Positions 38,434 through 49,317 are shown, counted from the first letter of the stretch. The stretch: 64,000 nt of DNA from an uncultured delta proteobacterium (GCA_963755125.1 CAVWIP010000002.1:128001-192000), one strand, 5' to 3'. Notes: generated by a model not told the origin, from the sequence alone. Numbers and translations are program-made.

Positions 38434-39861
38434 CTACTCTTCCCGCCAGTAGCGGACCACGCCCGAGGCCTGCTCGCCCACGGGGTTGTTGGTGACGGGG
38501 TTGCCCAGAAAGCCTTGGCTGTCCAAGATGACGATGATTCTCTTTTTGACCTTGCCCGACTCACCTGTGGCCACCACCCGGTACACGCGCGGCGGTCCCA
38601 CGTAGGCAACCTGCTCGAGTTGCTTCCTGGTGATGGTAATCCCGGTCAAGCTCTGCATGAGCTGGAAGCGCGGGTCATCGCGGGCGATGGAACCGGCGGG
38701 ATTGGACAGGACGCCCACCACGGTGTCCAGCGAGTCGAATCCTACTGCCTGGCTGCGCTCGCACAGGATGCTGGCCAGCGGATACACACGATTGTCATCG
38801 AGGATGCTCAGATCCGTCGGTGGCTTGCTCGGGTCGGGGAAGAGCGCCGCGCGCACCAGACCTACGATGAGCGGTGTGCAGTCGCCCTTGACCGAGGCCA
38901 GGTTGACTCTGCAGTTCTGGTTCGGGTCACTAGCATACACGGTGAGGTTCGACGCAAAGGCCTCGGCGTAGTCGGGGTCCATGCCGCGAACCAGGTTGGT
39001 TTCATCGACCGTGTCGTAGTAGTTGTTGTGGGCCTGGTAGGGATCTTCGCGCTGGTCGTAGCGGTAGTCTTCCGGCCCAGACGCATTGGCGTCTACCGCG
39101 AAGGCTTGCTCGTCGCCATCGGCCCAGTCGATGATGGCCCGCGCGAGATCGACGCGGTCGACGAACTGGCCCTCGGCGTTGCGCTGTTCGAACAGCCAAT
39201 TGTAACGGGGCGACGCCATGAGCGCCTGCAAGAGACGGAACACCATGATCTGGCGCGTACGCACCGGGGCGGGGCCGGCGCCGCAGTTGATGTCGATCTT
39301 GCCGTCCTCGTTAGTGATCTCGGCATCCATGTGCCCCGAGGGAATGCCCAGGCCGGTGGCCCCGGTGGTGTCAATCCCGATCAAGCCGGACAGCAGCGCG
39401 GTTTCCATCTTGGAACCGGCAAAGAAGCCCAGCAGCGGGGTCACGTAGTCGGTCACGCGCAGGCTGATGCCGAGATCCTGGCCGGTCTGATCGGCGAGCA
39501 TCTTCTGCGCCTGCGCCATGATGGGCTCGACGAAACGCAGTTGAATCTTGATGAGCAGGCGCGACAACGACAGCGCAGAGCGGGCCAGGTAGTGCGCGCG
39601 CACCTCGTCGCGCGCGTTGGCTGCCTGGGCCGCGTCCACTGTCGTCCCATAGGTGAACTGCGCCACCAATGCAATCAGCAGGGACAACGAGGCGATGGTG
39701 ATGAGAAAAGCCACGCCGCTTTGCTGGTCACGCTCGCGCCGTGCCCGAAAGCGCGCGACCAGTGTCCCGCCCCACCCGGACGCACAAACCTGTCGTCCTT
39801 CTGCCAATGCCTCACATCCGGCCAGCGGCGGTGGGGGAAAGACTTGCCTGTGGGCATCCAT
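38434..39861 (-). CDS. gspK: Type II secretion minor pseudopilin K
   Basis: QSGVAFLITI (no E5), AHYLARSA, NEDGKIDIN, IIDWADGD, C-terminal YWRE. Start uncertain. Confidence 0.85.
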   Translation of the reverse strand: MDAHRQVFPPPPLAGCEALAEGRQVCASGWGGTLVARFRARRERDQQSGVAFLITIASLSLLIALVAQFTYGTTVDAAQAANARDEVRAHYLARSALSLSRLLIKIQLRFVEPIMAQAQKMLADQTGQDLGISLRVTDYVTPLLGFFAGSKMETALLSGLIGIDTTGATGLGIPSGHMDAEITNEDGKIDINCGAGPAPVRTRQIMVFRLLQALMASPRYNWLFEQRNAEGQFVDRVDLARAIIDWADGDEQAFAVDANASGPEDYRYDQREDPYQAHNNYYDTVDETNLVRGMDPDYAEAFASNLTVYASDPNQNCRVNLASVKGDCTPLIVGLVRAALFPDPSKPPTDLSILDDNRVYPLASILCERSQAVGFDSLDTVVGVLSNPAGSIARDDPRFQLMQSLTGITITRKQLEQVAYVGPPRVYRVVATGESGKVKKRIIVILDSQGFLGNPVTNNPVGEQASGVVRYWREE

Positions 39862-39870
39862 GGCGTTCTC

Positions 39871-40581
39871 TCAAACCCCACCCGGCTGATAGCCGACCCG
39901 TTCGGTGACCTGCAGCCGTGCCGTGCTGGTGAAGATTGCGGCCTGACCGCGCTCATCGATGACGGTCAGGGAAATGCGCACCTGCGTGGGCAGGTATTGC
40001 AGGCCATCTGCGCCCATGGTGTTCCATTCCTCTTTCCACTCCTTCTTCTTGTAGTCGTAGTAGCTGAACTTCACACTGGCCACCGCCGGACACAGCACGT
40101 AGGTTTCACCGGGAATTTTTGCGGGATCTTTGCTTTCCAGGCGGCGGGTTTCCCGGCGCATCAGGTTGGTGATCATGCGATCGTCGGGATCGGGCTCGGA
40201 AAAGTAGCTGACCACCGCGGTATCGGCCTCGGGCCGATCCGCACGCATACGCTGGTGGCCGAACCAGGAGAAGCGCAGCTCGTCGAAGTCGGCGTGGGTC
40301 GTGCCCACGAACATGGTGCGCTTTTCTTCCACGCCCATCTTCTCGGAAGTCGAGAGGAAGGCCATCTCCACTTCCCGGGTCATGCGCATGAGCGCCACAC
40401 GGATGGTGTGCGTTCTCTCCTGCGCGTCCTCCACGCGCTTCTTGACCCGCGCCGTCTGGCTGAATGAGCCCCACAGCAGCGCGGTCACGAAGGTCATGAG
40501 AGCCAGCGCCAGCATGACCTCGATCAGGGTGAAGCCGCTGGGAGCGGTCCGCGACGCACGTGCGTGTGCGCGCCATCTCAT
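39871..40581 (-). CDS. gspJ: Type II secretion minor pseudopilin J
   Basis: GFTLIEVMLAL; LPTQVRISL; operon position. Confidence 0.85.
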   Translation of the reverse strand: MRWRAHARASRTAPSGFTLIEVMLALALMTFVTALLWGSFSQTARVKKRVEDAQERTHTIRVALMRMTREVEMAFLSTSEKMGVEEKRTMFVGTTHADFDELRFSWFGHQRMRADRPEADTAVVSYFSEPDPDDRMITNLMRRETRRLESKDPAKIPGETYVLCPAVASVKFSYYDYKKKEWKEEWNTMGADGLQYLPTQVRISLTVIDERGQAAIFTSTARLQVTERVGYQPGGV

Positions 40582-41273
40582 CGGATAATTCCTCCCGGAA
40601 ATCCCGATGCCGGCGTGCTTCCGCCCAGTGTTCCCGTCGAGCCAGGCGTCGAGGGCAGTGTTTTTGTGCCGGTCGTCGTCCCCGTCGTGTTGGTGGCCGA
40701 ACCTCCCTGCAACGCCATGTCGAGCTTCGACGGGTCAGTGAGGAAGTTCACCACCTCGAAAACCTGCTCAGGCCGTCCGGGCTCTTGCCATTTGACCTTG
40801 ACCGTCACACGACGAACCGACTCCTCCAGGGCGACGCGGATCGGTTCCATCAACGTGGTCATGAAGCTGCCCATGAAACCCGAGAGAACTTCCATGGGAT
40901 TGGTGGACTGGGTCTTCTTTTGCGCGGCCTGTTCCACCTGCTGGGTCGCACCGGTGGGCAGCTTCATGCGCTCGACCGCGGCGTACCATTTGAAGCGAGA
41001 GAAACCCTCCTCGGTGAAGTCGCCCTCGTCTTCGCCCTCCATCTCGCTGAACCCAATCTCCAGGATGTTCTGCTCCAAAGACGAGATCTTGGTCCGTGCC
41101 AGGAAGGTGGCGGCGGTGACCATGCGAGAGTGGTAGGTGGCGCGCACGTCGCCGGTCACCGTGCGCGTAAGCACGACCAGGGCAATGGCCATGATGGCAA
41201 CGGAAATCATCACCTCGAGCAGCGAAAAACCACTTTCACTGGTGGATGGTTTGCTATCGCCATCCCGGCTCAT
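40578..41273 (-). CDS. gspI: Type II secretion minor pseudopilin I
   Basis: GFSLLEVMISVAI; VRRVTVKVKW. Confidence 0.82.
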   Translation of the reverse strand: MSRDGDSKPSTSESGFSLLEVMISVAIMAIALVVLTRTVTGDVRATYHSRMVTAATFLARTKISSLEQNILEIGFSEMEGEDEGDFTEEGFSRFKWYAAVERMKLPTGATQQVEQAAQKKTQSTNPMEVLSGFMGSFMTTLMEPIRVALEESVRRVTVKVKWQEPGRPEQVFEVVNFLTDPSKLDMALQGGSATNTTGTTTGTKTLPSTPGSTGTLGGSTPASGFPGGIIR

Positions 41274-42013
41274 GGGACGATCTCCTTGCCCTCGTCGTCG
41301 AATTGCTTCTGCAGGGGCGGCTCGACATAGAAGTTCTTGATCTGCACCCGGCCAGTCAAAGGATGCACCACCAGGGAGTAGACCGAGTCGCGCTTCTTGT
41401 CGGTGAGGTGCACGATGGCGGCCTCGGTCATCCCGAGGGGAAAGAAGTAGATGAAGCCCCGCCCGGCATCCAGCGGTTCGGCCAGCCGCGGGGTGTAGAC
41501 GTCGGCGATCAGCGCGCCTTTGAGGTCAACCGGCTTGACCACGGTTTCCTTGAACGCGCCAAACTGCGCGCGCTTGGGGCGGAACGGCTCCGGCCTGTAG
41601 CGCGCCTGCATGGCGTCCAGGCCCGCCTTCTCCTCCGCGCGTTTCTGAGCTTCCTCGGCCTCTTTGGCGAGCTTTTCGGCTTCCTTTTGCCGCGACTCCT
41701 CGGTTTCGCGGCCGCCTGCCATGATGAAACGGTCGTCGGACACCTCGGCCCAGTAGCGGCCGTTGTCCATGTCCAACACCAAGCGATGAACCTTCCCCGT
41801 GGTCGAGGCGCGGTCGAAGAGATAGCGGACGGCGCCCGCCATCTTGCTGGCCGAGGAGCGGAGATCGCTCTTGGCGAGAGAGCGAAAGCCCGCCACAGCC
41901 GAGCCGATCACCAAGGAGATGAGGACCATGACCACCATCACCTCGATCAAGGTTACCCCGGCGTCGGCAGGACCAGCCGGCGCTCGGGCTGCATATGTTC
42001 GTCGTCCCGTCAC
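41270..42013 (-). CDS. gspH: Type II secretion minor pseudopilin H
   Basis: GVTLIEVMVV; IYFFPLG; VHPLTGRV. Confidence 0.82.
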   Translation of the reverse strand: MTGRRTYAARAPAGPADAGVTLIEVMVVMVLISLVIGSAVAGFRSLAKSDLRSSASKMAGAVRYLFDRASTTGKVHRLVLDMDNGRYWAEVSDDRFIMAGGRETEESRQKEAEKLAKEAEEAQKRAEEKAGLDAMQARYRPEPFRPKRAQFGAFKETVVKPVDLKGALIADVYTPRLAEPLDAGRGFIYFFPLGMTEAAIVHLTDKKRDSVYSLVVHPLTGRVQIKNFYVEPPLQKQFDDEGKEIVP

Positions 42014-42450
42014 TACTCCGTGGCCTTGATGTCGTCGGCCGTGCCCTCGGTGCCATCAGGCCCCAGCGAGATCACGTCGATGCCGTCGGTGTTGATCTGC
42101 CCCGGACAGCGGATGATGAAGTCCTTGTTCCAGGGATCCTTCTGACGTCGGGGCATGTACTTCTGGGCCACCAGGTCGTCCATGCTCTTGGGACACTCGT
42201 TGTTGTTGTCCATCATGTACTGCTGGGCCTTCTGCATGATCTCGTTGACCTGAATGCGGGCGGTCTTGACCTGGCCCTTCTTGAAGTAGTTGAACGCGCC
42301 CACACCCACGGCCCCCATGATGAGGGCGATGAGCGCGAACACGATCATGATCTCCATGAGGGTCATGCCCAAATCGCGGGACCGTTTGCGCGCCGGGGAT
42401 ACCTCACCGGCAACTGCTGCCTCTGTCTGATGTTCCTGTGCGTCTGTCAT
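42013..42450 (-). CDS. gspG: Type II secretion major pseudopilin G
   Basis: GMTLMEIMIV; KDPWNKDF; SLGPDGTEGTADDI. Confidence 0.9.
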   Translation of the reverse strand: MTDAQEHQTEAAVAGEVSPARKRSRDLGMTLMEIMIVFALIALIMGAVGVGAFNYFKKGQVKTARIQVNEIMQKAQQYMMDNNNECPKSMDDLVAQKYMPRRQKDPWNKDFIIRCPGQINTDGIDVISLGPDGTEGTADDIKATE

Positions 42451-42479
42451 GGCTCTCTCCTTGTTGGTAGCAATCGTCG

Positions 42480-43742
42480 TCACTGAACCATCTGCCCCAT
42501 GTCCATGATGGGGACCAAGATCGAGAAGATGATGAACCCGATGCCCACGGCCATGATGAGGATCATGATGGGGGCCAGCAGCGAGGTCAGCCGACCCACC
42601 TCCATCTCTACGTCGCGCTCGTAGGCTCCGGCCACGTTCTCCAGCATCGCCTCCAGTTGCCCAGAGCGTTCGCCCACCGCCACCATGTGGCACATCATGG
42701 AGGGGAACTGGCCCGACTTCTTCAGCGTGGCGGCGATGGACTCACCCTCCCGAATGGCCACCCGCGCGTCTTCGATGACCTTCTCCAGCACCCGGTTGTT
42801 GAGCACGCGCTTGACGATGTCCAGCGCGGTCAGCACCGGCACGCCGGAGGACAGCATGGTGGCCAGGGTGCGCGCGAAGCGGGCCACGGCCAGCAATCGG
42901 ATGAGGCGTCCGACGATGAGGATGCGCAACTTCATCCGGTCCATCAGCGCGCGGCCCTTGGGCTTGCGGGCCCAACGCCGAAGCAAGAAGAAAATTCCGA
43001 TCAACAAAGGCAGCACGATCCACCAATAGCCTCCGGCGATGGACGCCACGCCGATGAGAATCTGCGTGTTCCAGGGCAGGGCTTTGCCCGAATCGGCGAA
43101 GATGCCGGCGATGGGTGGCACCACCACCACCATGAGCACGGTCATGACGGCCGTGCCGACGATGGCCATCAGAATGGGATAGGCCATGGCGCCCGTCACT
43201 TTGGAGCGCAGCTCGTTCTGCGAGTCGAGAAAGCTGGCCATGCGGGCCAGCACGGCGTCCAGGTTGCCGGCGCTCTCACCCGAGCGGACCATGTTGACGT
43301 ACAGTTCAGTGAACACGGCGCCGTACTCGGCCATGGCATCGGCCAGCGAGCTGCCCTCGTTCACTTTCTGCCGGATGCCGGCCAGGATCATCTGCAGCTT
43401 GCGGTGATCCGACTGCTCGGCCAGCGCCCCCAACGCCTCGGCCAAGGGAATCCCCGCGTGCAACAAGGTCGCGAGCTGGCGGGTGAAGATGGCCACATCC
43501 TGCGCGCGCACGCGTTCGAACCAGCGCTTGATGTCGACCTCGCGCCGCAAGCCCTTGCCTCCGCTGGCGGAGGCGGCCACCGCCTGCTTGCTCTGCTGGC
43601 CCGCCACCACCTCGTGCAACTCGGTGATGAAGACGCTCTCCTTGCGCAGGGTCTGGCGCAGCCCCTTGGGGCCGTCCGCCTCGCGGTTGCCGGCCACCGG
43701 CTTGCCCGAGGCGTTGAGGCCTTTCCATGCGTAAAGCGCCAC
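42480..43742 (-). CDS. gspF: Type II secretion inner membrane platform protein F
   Basis: FTRQLATLLHAGIPL, GESAGNL, AMAYP, VGERSGQL; GTG start. Confidence 0.93.
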   Translation of the reverse strand: MALYAWKGLNASGKPVAGNREADGPKGLRQTLRKESVFITELHEVVAGQQSKQAVAASASGGKGLRREVDIKRWFERVRAQDVAIFTRQLATLLHAGIPLAEALGALAEQSDHRKLQMILAGIRQKVNEGSSLADAMAEYGAVFTELYVNMVRSGESAGNLDAVLARMASFLDSQNELRSKVTGAMAYPILMAIVGTAVMTVLMVVVVPPIAGIFADSGKALPWNTQILIGVASIAGGYWWIVLPLLIGIFFLLRRWARKPKGRALMDRMKLRILIVGRLIRLLAVARFARTLATMLSSGVPVLTALDIVKRVLNNRVLEKVIEDARVAIREGESIAATLKKSGQFPSMMCHMVAVGERSGQLEAMLENVAGAYERDVEMEVGRLTSLLAPIMILIMAVGIGFIIFSILVPIMDMGQMVQ

Positions 43743-43753
43743 GTCTGCGTCCC

Positions 43754-45505
43754 CTAGTTCGCGTCTCCGGTCGTGATCATGAGCACCTCGGCGGGGCTGG
43801 TCATGCCGGCCAGCACTTTCTGCGCGCCGTCCTCGCGCAGGGTGCGCATGCCGCCGCTCGCGATGGCGGCGCGCTTGATGGCGCCGGCGTCGGCGTTCTT
43901 GATGGCGAGCTGGCGAGTCTGTTCGTCCACCATGAGAAGCTCGTAGATGGCGGTCCGGCCCTTGTAGCCGGCGTTCAGGCAACTCGTGCAGCCTCCCTCG
44001 CGCGCCCGATACAGCATGCCGGGCGGCGGCGGCACACCCTCGCCCTTGAAGCGCACGCGGCGCGCGCGGCCGGCAAAGAAATTAGCCGGGTCGATACCCA
44101 GGCTGAGCAGATCCTCCTCGCTGGGCCGGTAGGCTTCGCAGCAGTCGTGGCACAGGCGACGCACCAGGCGCTGGGCCAGCAGGGCCATCAGCGACGATGC
44201 CACCAGGAACGGCTGCACACCCAGATCCACCAAGCGGGTGATCCCACCGGCCGCGTCGTTGGTGTGGATGGTGGACAGAACCAGGTGGCCGGTCAGCGAG
44301 GCCTGGATGGCGATTTCGGCGGTCTCCAGATCGCGGATCTCTCCCACCATGATCACGTCGGGGTCGTGGCGCAAAAATGAACGCAGGCCGTTGGCGAAGG
44401 TGAGTTCGATCTTTTCGTTCACCGCCACCTGCGAGATGCCGTCGAGCTGGTACTCGACCGGATCCTCGATGGTCAGGATGTTGAGATCGGGCGAGTTGAT
44501 CTTGGCCAGGCAGGCGTACAGCGTGGTGGTTTTGCCCGAGCCGGTGGGCCCCGTCACCAGCATGATGCCGTGCGGGCGGTGGATGAGGTCGTCCATCTGG
44601 CGCAGGTGATCATCGCCGAACCCGATGTCGGCCAGGTCGTGCAGGACGTTCTCGCGGTCGAGCAGACGAATGGTGATGCGTTCACCGCCCTTGACCGTGG
44701 GCGCGGTGGCCACGCGCATGTCGATGTCCTTGCCCGCGATCTTGCGCCGGATGCGACCGTCTTGCGGCAAGCGCTTTTCCGCGATGTTGAGCCCGGCCAT
44801 GATCTTTACACGCGAGATGATCGAGGGAATGAACTGGCGGGCCGCCCGTCGCGTCTCGTACAGCACACCGTCGATGCGATAGCGGACAATGATGTCCTTC
44901 TCGCCCGGCTCGATGTGGATGTCGCTGGCCCGCTCTTTGACGGCATTGAACATCAGAGAGTTGACCCAGCGGATGATGGGAGCCTCGTCGTTGACGTCGA
45001 GGATGTCCACCAGCTCCTCGGCCGCGCCCATCTCGTCATCGCCCTCGCCCTCGCCCAGGGTGCCCGCGTCCTGCTTGCGACCGTACACTTGGTTGACGGC
45101 GTCCACGATCTTGTTGCTGGGGACGAGCACAGGGGCAATGTCGCCGCCCACCACGCCACGCAGATCGTCCAGCCCGCCCACGTCGAGCGGGTCGGCGGTG
45201 GCCACCGTGACGGTGGTCCCCTCCTTCTTGATGGGCAGCAGCCGGTGCTGCTTGGCAAACGCGATGGGGACCAGGCTGGCCAGGTCGGCGTCGATCTGTT
45301 TGACGTCCAGGTCGGCCGAGAATGGGATGCCAAGCTGGGTGCCGAGCGCGCGCAGCACGTCTTCCTCGCTCACGGCGCGCGCCTTCTGCAAGATTTCGCC
45401 GATACGGCCGCCCTCGCTGACCTGCTGGACAAGGGCCTGATCCACCGCCTCGCTGGTGACCGCCCCCGCCTCGAGCAGGATCTCGCCGAGTCGCTTGCCG
45501 GCCAT
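43754..45505 (-). CDS. gspE: Type II secretion ATPase E
   Basis: N-terminal RLGEIL (MshEN-like), ASDIHIEP, GPTGSGKTTT, TIEDPVE, VGEIRD, tetracysteine motif. Confidence 0.95.
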   Translation of the reverse strand: MAGKRLGEILLEAGAVTSEAVDQALVQQVSEGGRIGEILQKARAVSEEDVLRALGTQLGIPFSADLDVKQIDADLASLVPIAFAKQHRLLPIKKEGTTVTVATADPLDVGGLDDLRGVVGGDIAPVLVPSNKIVDAVNQVYGRKQDAGTLGEGEGDDEMGAAEELVDILDVNDEAPIIRWVNSLMFNAVKERASDIHIEPGEKDIIVRYRIDGVLYETRRAARQFIPSIISRVKIMAGLNIAEKRLPQDGRIRRKIAGKDIDMRVATAPTVKGGERITIRLLDRENVLHDLADIGFGDDHLRQMDDLIHRPHGIMLVTGPTGSGKTTTLYACLAKINSPDLNILTIEDPVEYQLDGISQVAVNEKIELTFANGLRSFLRHDPDVIMVGEIRDLETAEIAIQASLTGHLVLSTIHTNDAAGGITRLVDLGVQPFLVASSLMALLAQRLVRRLCHDCCEAYRPSEEDLLSLGIDPANFFAGRARRVRFKGEGVPPPPGMLYRAREGGCTSCLNAGYKGRTAIYELLMVDEQTRQLAIKNADAGAIKRAAIASGGMRTLREDGAQKVLAGMTSPAEVLMITTGDAN

Positions 45506-45507
45506 GC

Positions 45508-48363
45508 CTATTCCTTGGCCGGCGGCGGAGCCGGCTTGACGGGTGCGGCCCCGGGCGGGGCGGGAGCGACAGCCGGGGGCACCGGCGCGGTCTTGCTCTC
45601 CGGCGCAGCGGGCGGGGCCGTCGGCTGCGCCTTGTTCGTGACCGTGGCCGTCGTCTTGCGCCGCGTCCTGCCCTTTCCCGTCGCCTTGTGTGGCGCCGGA
45701 GCCGGGGGCGAGGCGGGTGTCAGTCTCTCCTCCGCGGGCGGTTCCTGAGTTATGTCGTCGGCCGGTGCGGCCGGGCCGGGCTCTTCCGCCTCAGGCACCG
45801 GTGCGGGCGCATCCTTGACCGAAACCGGCTCAATGGGCGTCGAGTCTTCGCCTTCATCGCGGTCTCGGATACCGCGCAGCTCCGCTTCCTCCTCCTCCAT
45901 GTCCCGCACGGTCTTGTTGATCTCCTCGAGCATTCCGCGCTTGCGCCGGAAATCCAAGTCCTTGTCCAGCGACACGCGGTCTTGCAACGAGCTGTAGCGC
46001 TCGATGAACTCGCGTCGCTCGCGCATCTTCTTCTCGGCCACCCGGCGCAGATCCGATAGATCGGAGATCACATAGGGCGTGATCGCTATCAGGATGTTGG
46101 TCTTCTTCAAGTCCTTTTGGGTGTTGCGGAAGAAGAAGCCAATGACCGGGATGTCGCCCAGGATGGGAACCTTGGTCACGGTTTCGCTGGCCCGGTCGCT
46201 CATCAGGCCGCCGATCACCACGGTCTGCTGGTCGCGCGCCACCACCGTGGTCTTGGTCGACCGCTTGGATGTGGCGGGCCCGAGGTTGTTGTAGTTCGGC
46301 GCCTCGACGTCGGAAACCTCCTGTTCTACGTCCAGCCGGATCACGTTGTGTTCGTTCACGCTGGGCAAGAGCTTGAGCTTGAGCGCCACGTCCTGGCGGT
46401 TGACCGACAGGTACGGCGTGTAACCAGTCGCACCGCCGGTCAGAGCGGTGCCCATCATGGCGCCTGGGAAGGGCAGGTTCTCGCCCACGGTGATCTCGCC
46501 CTCTTGATTGTTCATGATGAGGATGTGCGGGTTGGACAGGACGTTGACGTCGTTGTTGGTCTGCAGAATCTGCAGGAACACGCCGAACGAGGGGATGTTC
46601 ACATTGACGACGCCGAACAGGCTGGTCTGCGCACTGGAGATGGCAGGCCCGAACAGCGCCGCGCTCAGGCCCCCCATGCTGTTGAGAAAGGTCGCGGGAT
46701 TGGTGGCGGCGCCCAGAGTCTGGCTGGCGTTGAATCCACCCAGCAGCAGGCCCTGCTGGCCCGCGATGTCCTGCCCCTTGCCCGCGTGGTATGAGATGCC
46801 CGTCTGATTGGATTTGTCGGTGGTGACCTCGAGGATCAGGGCCTCGATGAACACCTGCTTGCGGGGGGCATCCAACTTTTCGATCACGCGGCGCAGCGCC
46901 TGGAAATCCTTGAACGACGACATGACCAGCAGCGAGTTGGTGGGCGCATCGAAGGTGACGCGCACATCGCCCTCGAACATGAGCGCGCTCTGATTCCCTT
47001 GTTGGTTCTGAGCCGGGGGGGCGGCAGTCGGCGCTGTGGTGCTGCCCCGGCGTCGAACGCCGGTGCTCAGCGAGCCCACCACCTGCACGCCGGTGATGGC
47101 ACTGAGCGTGGCGGCCAGCTCATCGCAGTTGGCGTTGGCGCAATTGTAGATGTGGAAACGGTCCTGGGCCGCGCCGCGCACCGATTCCTCGGGTGAGACG
47201 TCCAGCTTGTGGACCAGGCTCACCAGCCAGTCATAGGCCCGCTGGTTGGCCACGACGATCAGACTGTTGGACCTCTCGTCAGGGACGATCTTGGTTATGG
47301 TCATCTCCGTCGACAGGTCGCCGGGTGGGCCGGGCTGCGGTTTGGGCGGGGTCGGGGGCGGCGATCCGGGCGGGCGCTTCTGGCCGGTGCCCAATTGCTG
47401 AACCGGCATGATTTCTGCGATCCGGCCGGCCATGTCGATGGCTGAGGTATTCTTGATGCGGATCATCCAGATCTTGTCGCGGTTGGCCGACGGGGTATCG
47501 AACTGTTTGATAATGGACACCAGGCGGTCGATGTTCTCCGCCTGGTCGCTGATGATGAGCGACGATCGATATGAGATGATGTCGCCGGTCTCGCTCTTCA
47601 GGCGGTTGAGCACCGCGTTCGTGAGATCATTGGTGTCCAGGTACGCCACGCGCACCAGCTTGGTGACGTAGCGCTTGTCGTGGGGGACGCGCTCGTTGGC
47701 GCCCACGAAGGGCAGTGACGTGAAGCGGGCCCGGGAGGACTCGACGATGCGCAGGAACTTGCCCGAGGGCTCGACCGTCAAGCCGACGGATTCCAGCGCG
47801 GCAAAGAACAGCCGATACGCCTCCTCGGGTGTGATGAGCTGGGGCGCGATGACCGTGACCTTCTTGCCCTGCAGCGGGATGGACACCAGGAATTGCGAAC
47901 AGGTGATGCTTGATATCCAACCGATGAGATCGATGACGTCGGTTTCCGGCTTGAGGTTCAGCTTCACGATGCGCTTGCCGGGCGGGAGCTTCTTGCACGA
48001 GTTGAATTCCTTCTCGCCTGGCAGCTCGACCACGCCGGAGGCGCCGGGTTTTGCCGCGCCTGCCGCCGGGGCCGCGGGCGGCGCAGGCGGCGCAGGTGGA
48101 GGCGGCGCAGGGGCCGCAGCCGGCGTACCCGGACGAGCCGGAGCGCGCGGCACGAGCCGGGATGGCCGCTGCGGAGGTGCGGGCGGCGTGGCTGCGGCCG
48201 GCGCCTGTGCGTACGCCCACGGTGTCGCCGCGAGGGATGCCACCAGGTAGGCGACAAGAGCGACGACTCCGGTACGGGCCAGCGCGCTGCGAAGGCGTCC
48301 AACCACGGTGTCGGCGAGCGTCGCGCGCCCGCCGGCGTCTGTGTTCTTGCTGTTTGGTTTCAT
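45508..48363 (-). CDS. gspD: Type II secretion secretin D
   Basis: N-domains, LDAPRKQVFIEALI, VLSNPHI, KVPILGDIPVIGFFFR. Confidence 0.94.
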   Translation of the reverse strand: MKPNSKNTDAGGRATLADTVVGRLRSALARTGVVALVAYLVASLAATPWAYAQAPAAATPPAPPQRPSRLVPRAPARPGTPAAAPAPPPPAPPAPPAAPAAGAAKPGASGVVELPGEKEFNSCKKLPPGKRIVKLNLKPETDVIDLIGWISSITCSQFLVSIPLQGKKVTVIAPQLITPEEAYRLFFAALESVGLTVEPSGKFLRIVESSRARFTSLPFVGANERVPHDKRYVTKLVRVAYLDTNDLTNAVLNRLKSETGDIISYRSSLIISDQAENIDRLVSIIKQFDTPSANRDKIWMIRIKNTSAIDMAGRIAEIMPVQQLGTGQKRPPGSPPPTPPKPQPGPPGDLSTEMTITKIVPDERSNSLIVVANQRAYDWLVSLVHKLDVSPEESVRGAAQDRFHIYNCANANCDELAATLSAITGVQVVGSLSTGVRRRGSTTAPTAAPPAQNQQGNQSALMFEGDVRVTFDAPTNSLLVMSSFKDFQALRRVIEKLDAPRKQVFIEALILEVTTDKSNQTGISYHAGKGQDIAGQQGLLLGGFNASQTLGAATNPATFLNSMGGLSAALFGPAISSAQTSLFGVVNVNIPSFGVFLQILQTNNDVNVLSNPHILIMNNQEGEITVGENLPFPGAMMGTALTGGATGYTPYLSVNRQDVALKLKLLPSVNEHNVIRLDVEQEVSDVEAPNYNNLGPATSKRSTKTTVVARDQQTVVIGGLMSDRASETVTKVPILGDIPVIGFFFRNTQKDLKKTNILIAITPYVISDLSDLRRVAEKKMRERREFIERYSSLQDRVSLDKDLDFRRKRGMLEEINKTVRDMEEEEAELRGIRDRDEGEDSTPIEPVSVKDAPAPVPEAEEPGPAAPADDITQEPPAEERLTPASPPAPAPHKATGKGRTRRKTTATVTNKAQPTAPPAAPESKTAPVPPAVAPAPPGAAPVKPAPPPAKE

Positions 48364-49283
48364 CGGATGTTGTAGTCCTGTGTGACTTTCTTGCCGTTGC
48401 TCTCCATGCCCAGGGACAGGTGGCTGGCCGACTTGAGCTTGGAGTAGACTTCGAGCGCCTTCTCGGGACTCGTGATCTCGAGGCCGTTGATGGACGAGAT
48501 CACGTCTCCGTTCTGCATCCCGATCTTGGCGAACGGCCCGTCGGGCTTCACCGCGTAGAGCCGGAAGCCTGCCGCCTTGCCGTCGCGCATTTCAGGCACG
48601 ATGCGCGCCGAGCGCGAGAGCAGTGACATGTTGCCCAGCACCGATTCCAGCGTGCCGCGCTGGATCTCAAAGGAGTGCTCGCCGGTCTTCTTGATGCCTT
48701 TGTCCATCTCGATCGAGAGAGGATCGGTTCCCCCAGCAGCCGAGGCCACCGGCGGCGCGGGCGGCGCGGGCTTTTCAAACAAATCCAGAAACTCGGTCTT
48801 GCCAGCGTTGTCGAGGTAGATGCGGGTTTCTTGGATCTCGATGACCGTGGCGCCGTGGATCTTGCCGCCCACCGGAAATGCCCCCATCGACTTGATCTCG
48901 GTGTCGCGGATGACGGCTATCGACCACTTGATGCCGTTGGGCGGCGGCGCATACATGATGGCCAGCAGCGCGAGGGGAAGCGTGGTCTTGACGGGTTCCA
49001 TGCTGGGGTCAATGGCCCCGCCATCGGGATGCGGCTCATCGATGATGGGAGGGCAGGTCGAACAGAAGATGTTCCGTTTGAGTATTCCGTCCGGCTGCTT
49101 GCTGCTGCTGGCGGTCGTGGGCTCGGGCCGGCGTGGCTTGCTGGCGACAGGTGCCGGGGCGGGTATCGCCGCAACCACCTTCGACTCGACTGCACTCGAG
49201 GCTGCGTTGCCGAGAAAGGTTGCGCACAGGGCGACGACGGCCAGGTCGAGAGCCCAGAGATATTTTCTCAGCAGAGTTTCCAC
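48360..49283 (-). CDS. gspC: Type II secretion protein C (TM, HR, PDZ)
   Basis: TM, RNIF, HR domain, PDZ GFRLYAV...IGMQNGDVI. Confidence 0.9.
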   Translation of the reverse strand: METLLRKYLWALDLAVVALCATFLGNAASSAVESKVVAAIPAPAPVASKPRRPEPTTASSSKQPDGILKRNIFCSTCPPIIDEPHPDGGAIDPSMEPVKTTLPLALLAIMYAPPPNGIKWSIAVIRDTEIKSMGAFPVGGKIHGATVIEIQETRIYLDNAGKTEFLDLFEKPAPPAPPVASAAGGTDPLSIEMDKGIKKTGEHSFEIQRGTLESVLGNMSLLSRSARIVPEMRDGKAAGFRLYAVKPDGPFAKIGMQNGDVISSINGLEITSPEKALEVYSKLKSASHLSLGMESNGKKVTQDYNIR

Positions 49284-49301
49284 GGCTTGCTTGCACGCAA
49301 G

Positions 49302-49317
49302 AGCAACACCGGGGCCA
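49302..49317 (-). promoter_or_regulatory. Putative sigma-54 (-24/-12) promoter of the gsp operon
   Basis: Minus strand TGGCCCCGGTGTTGCT: GG-N10-GC. Confidence 0.6.

Noticed and set aside
38080..40467. Long antisense or alternate-frame ORFs (e.g. 795 aa here, 548 aa at 2498, 598 aa at 59507)
   Set aside because: Stop-poor shadow frames expected in high-GC coding DNA; they overlap well-supported genes.
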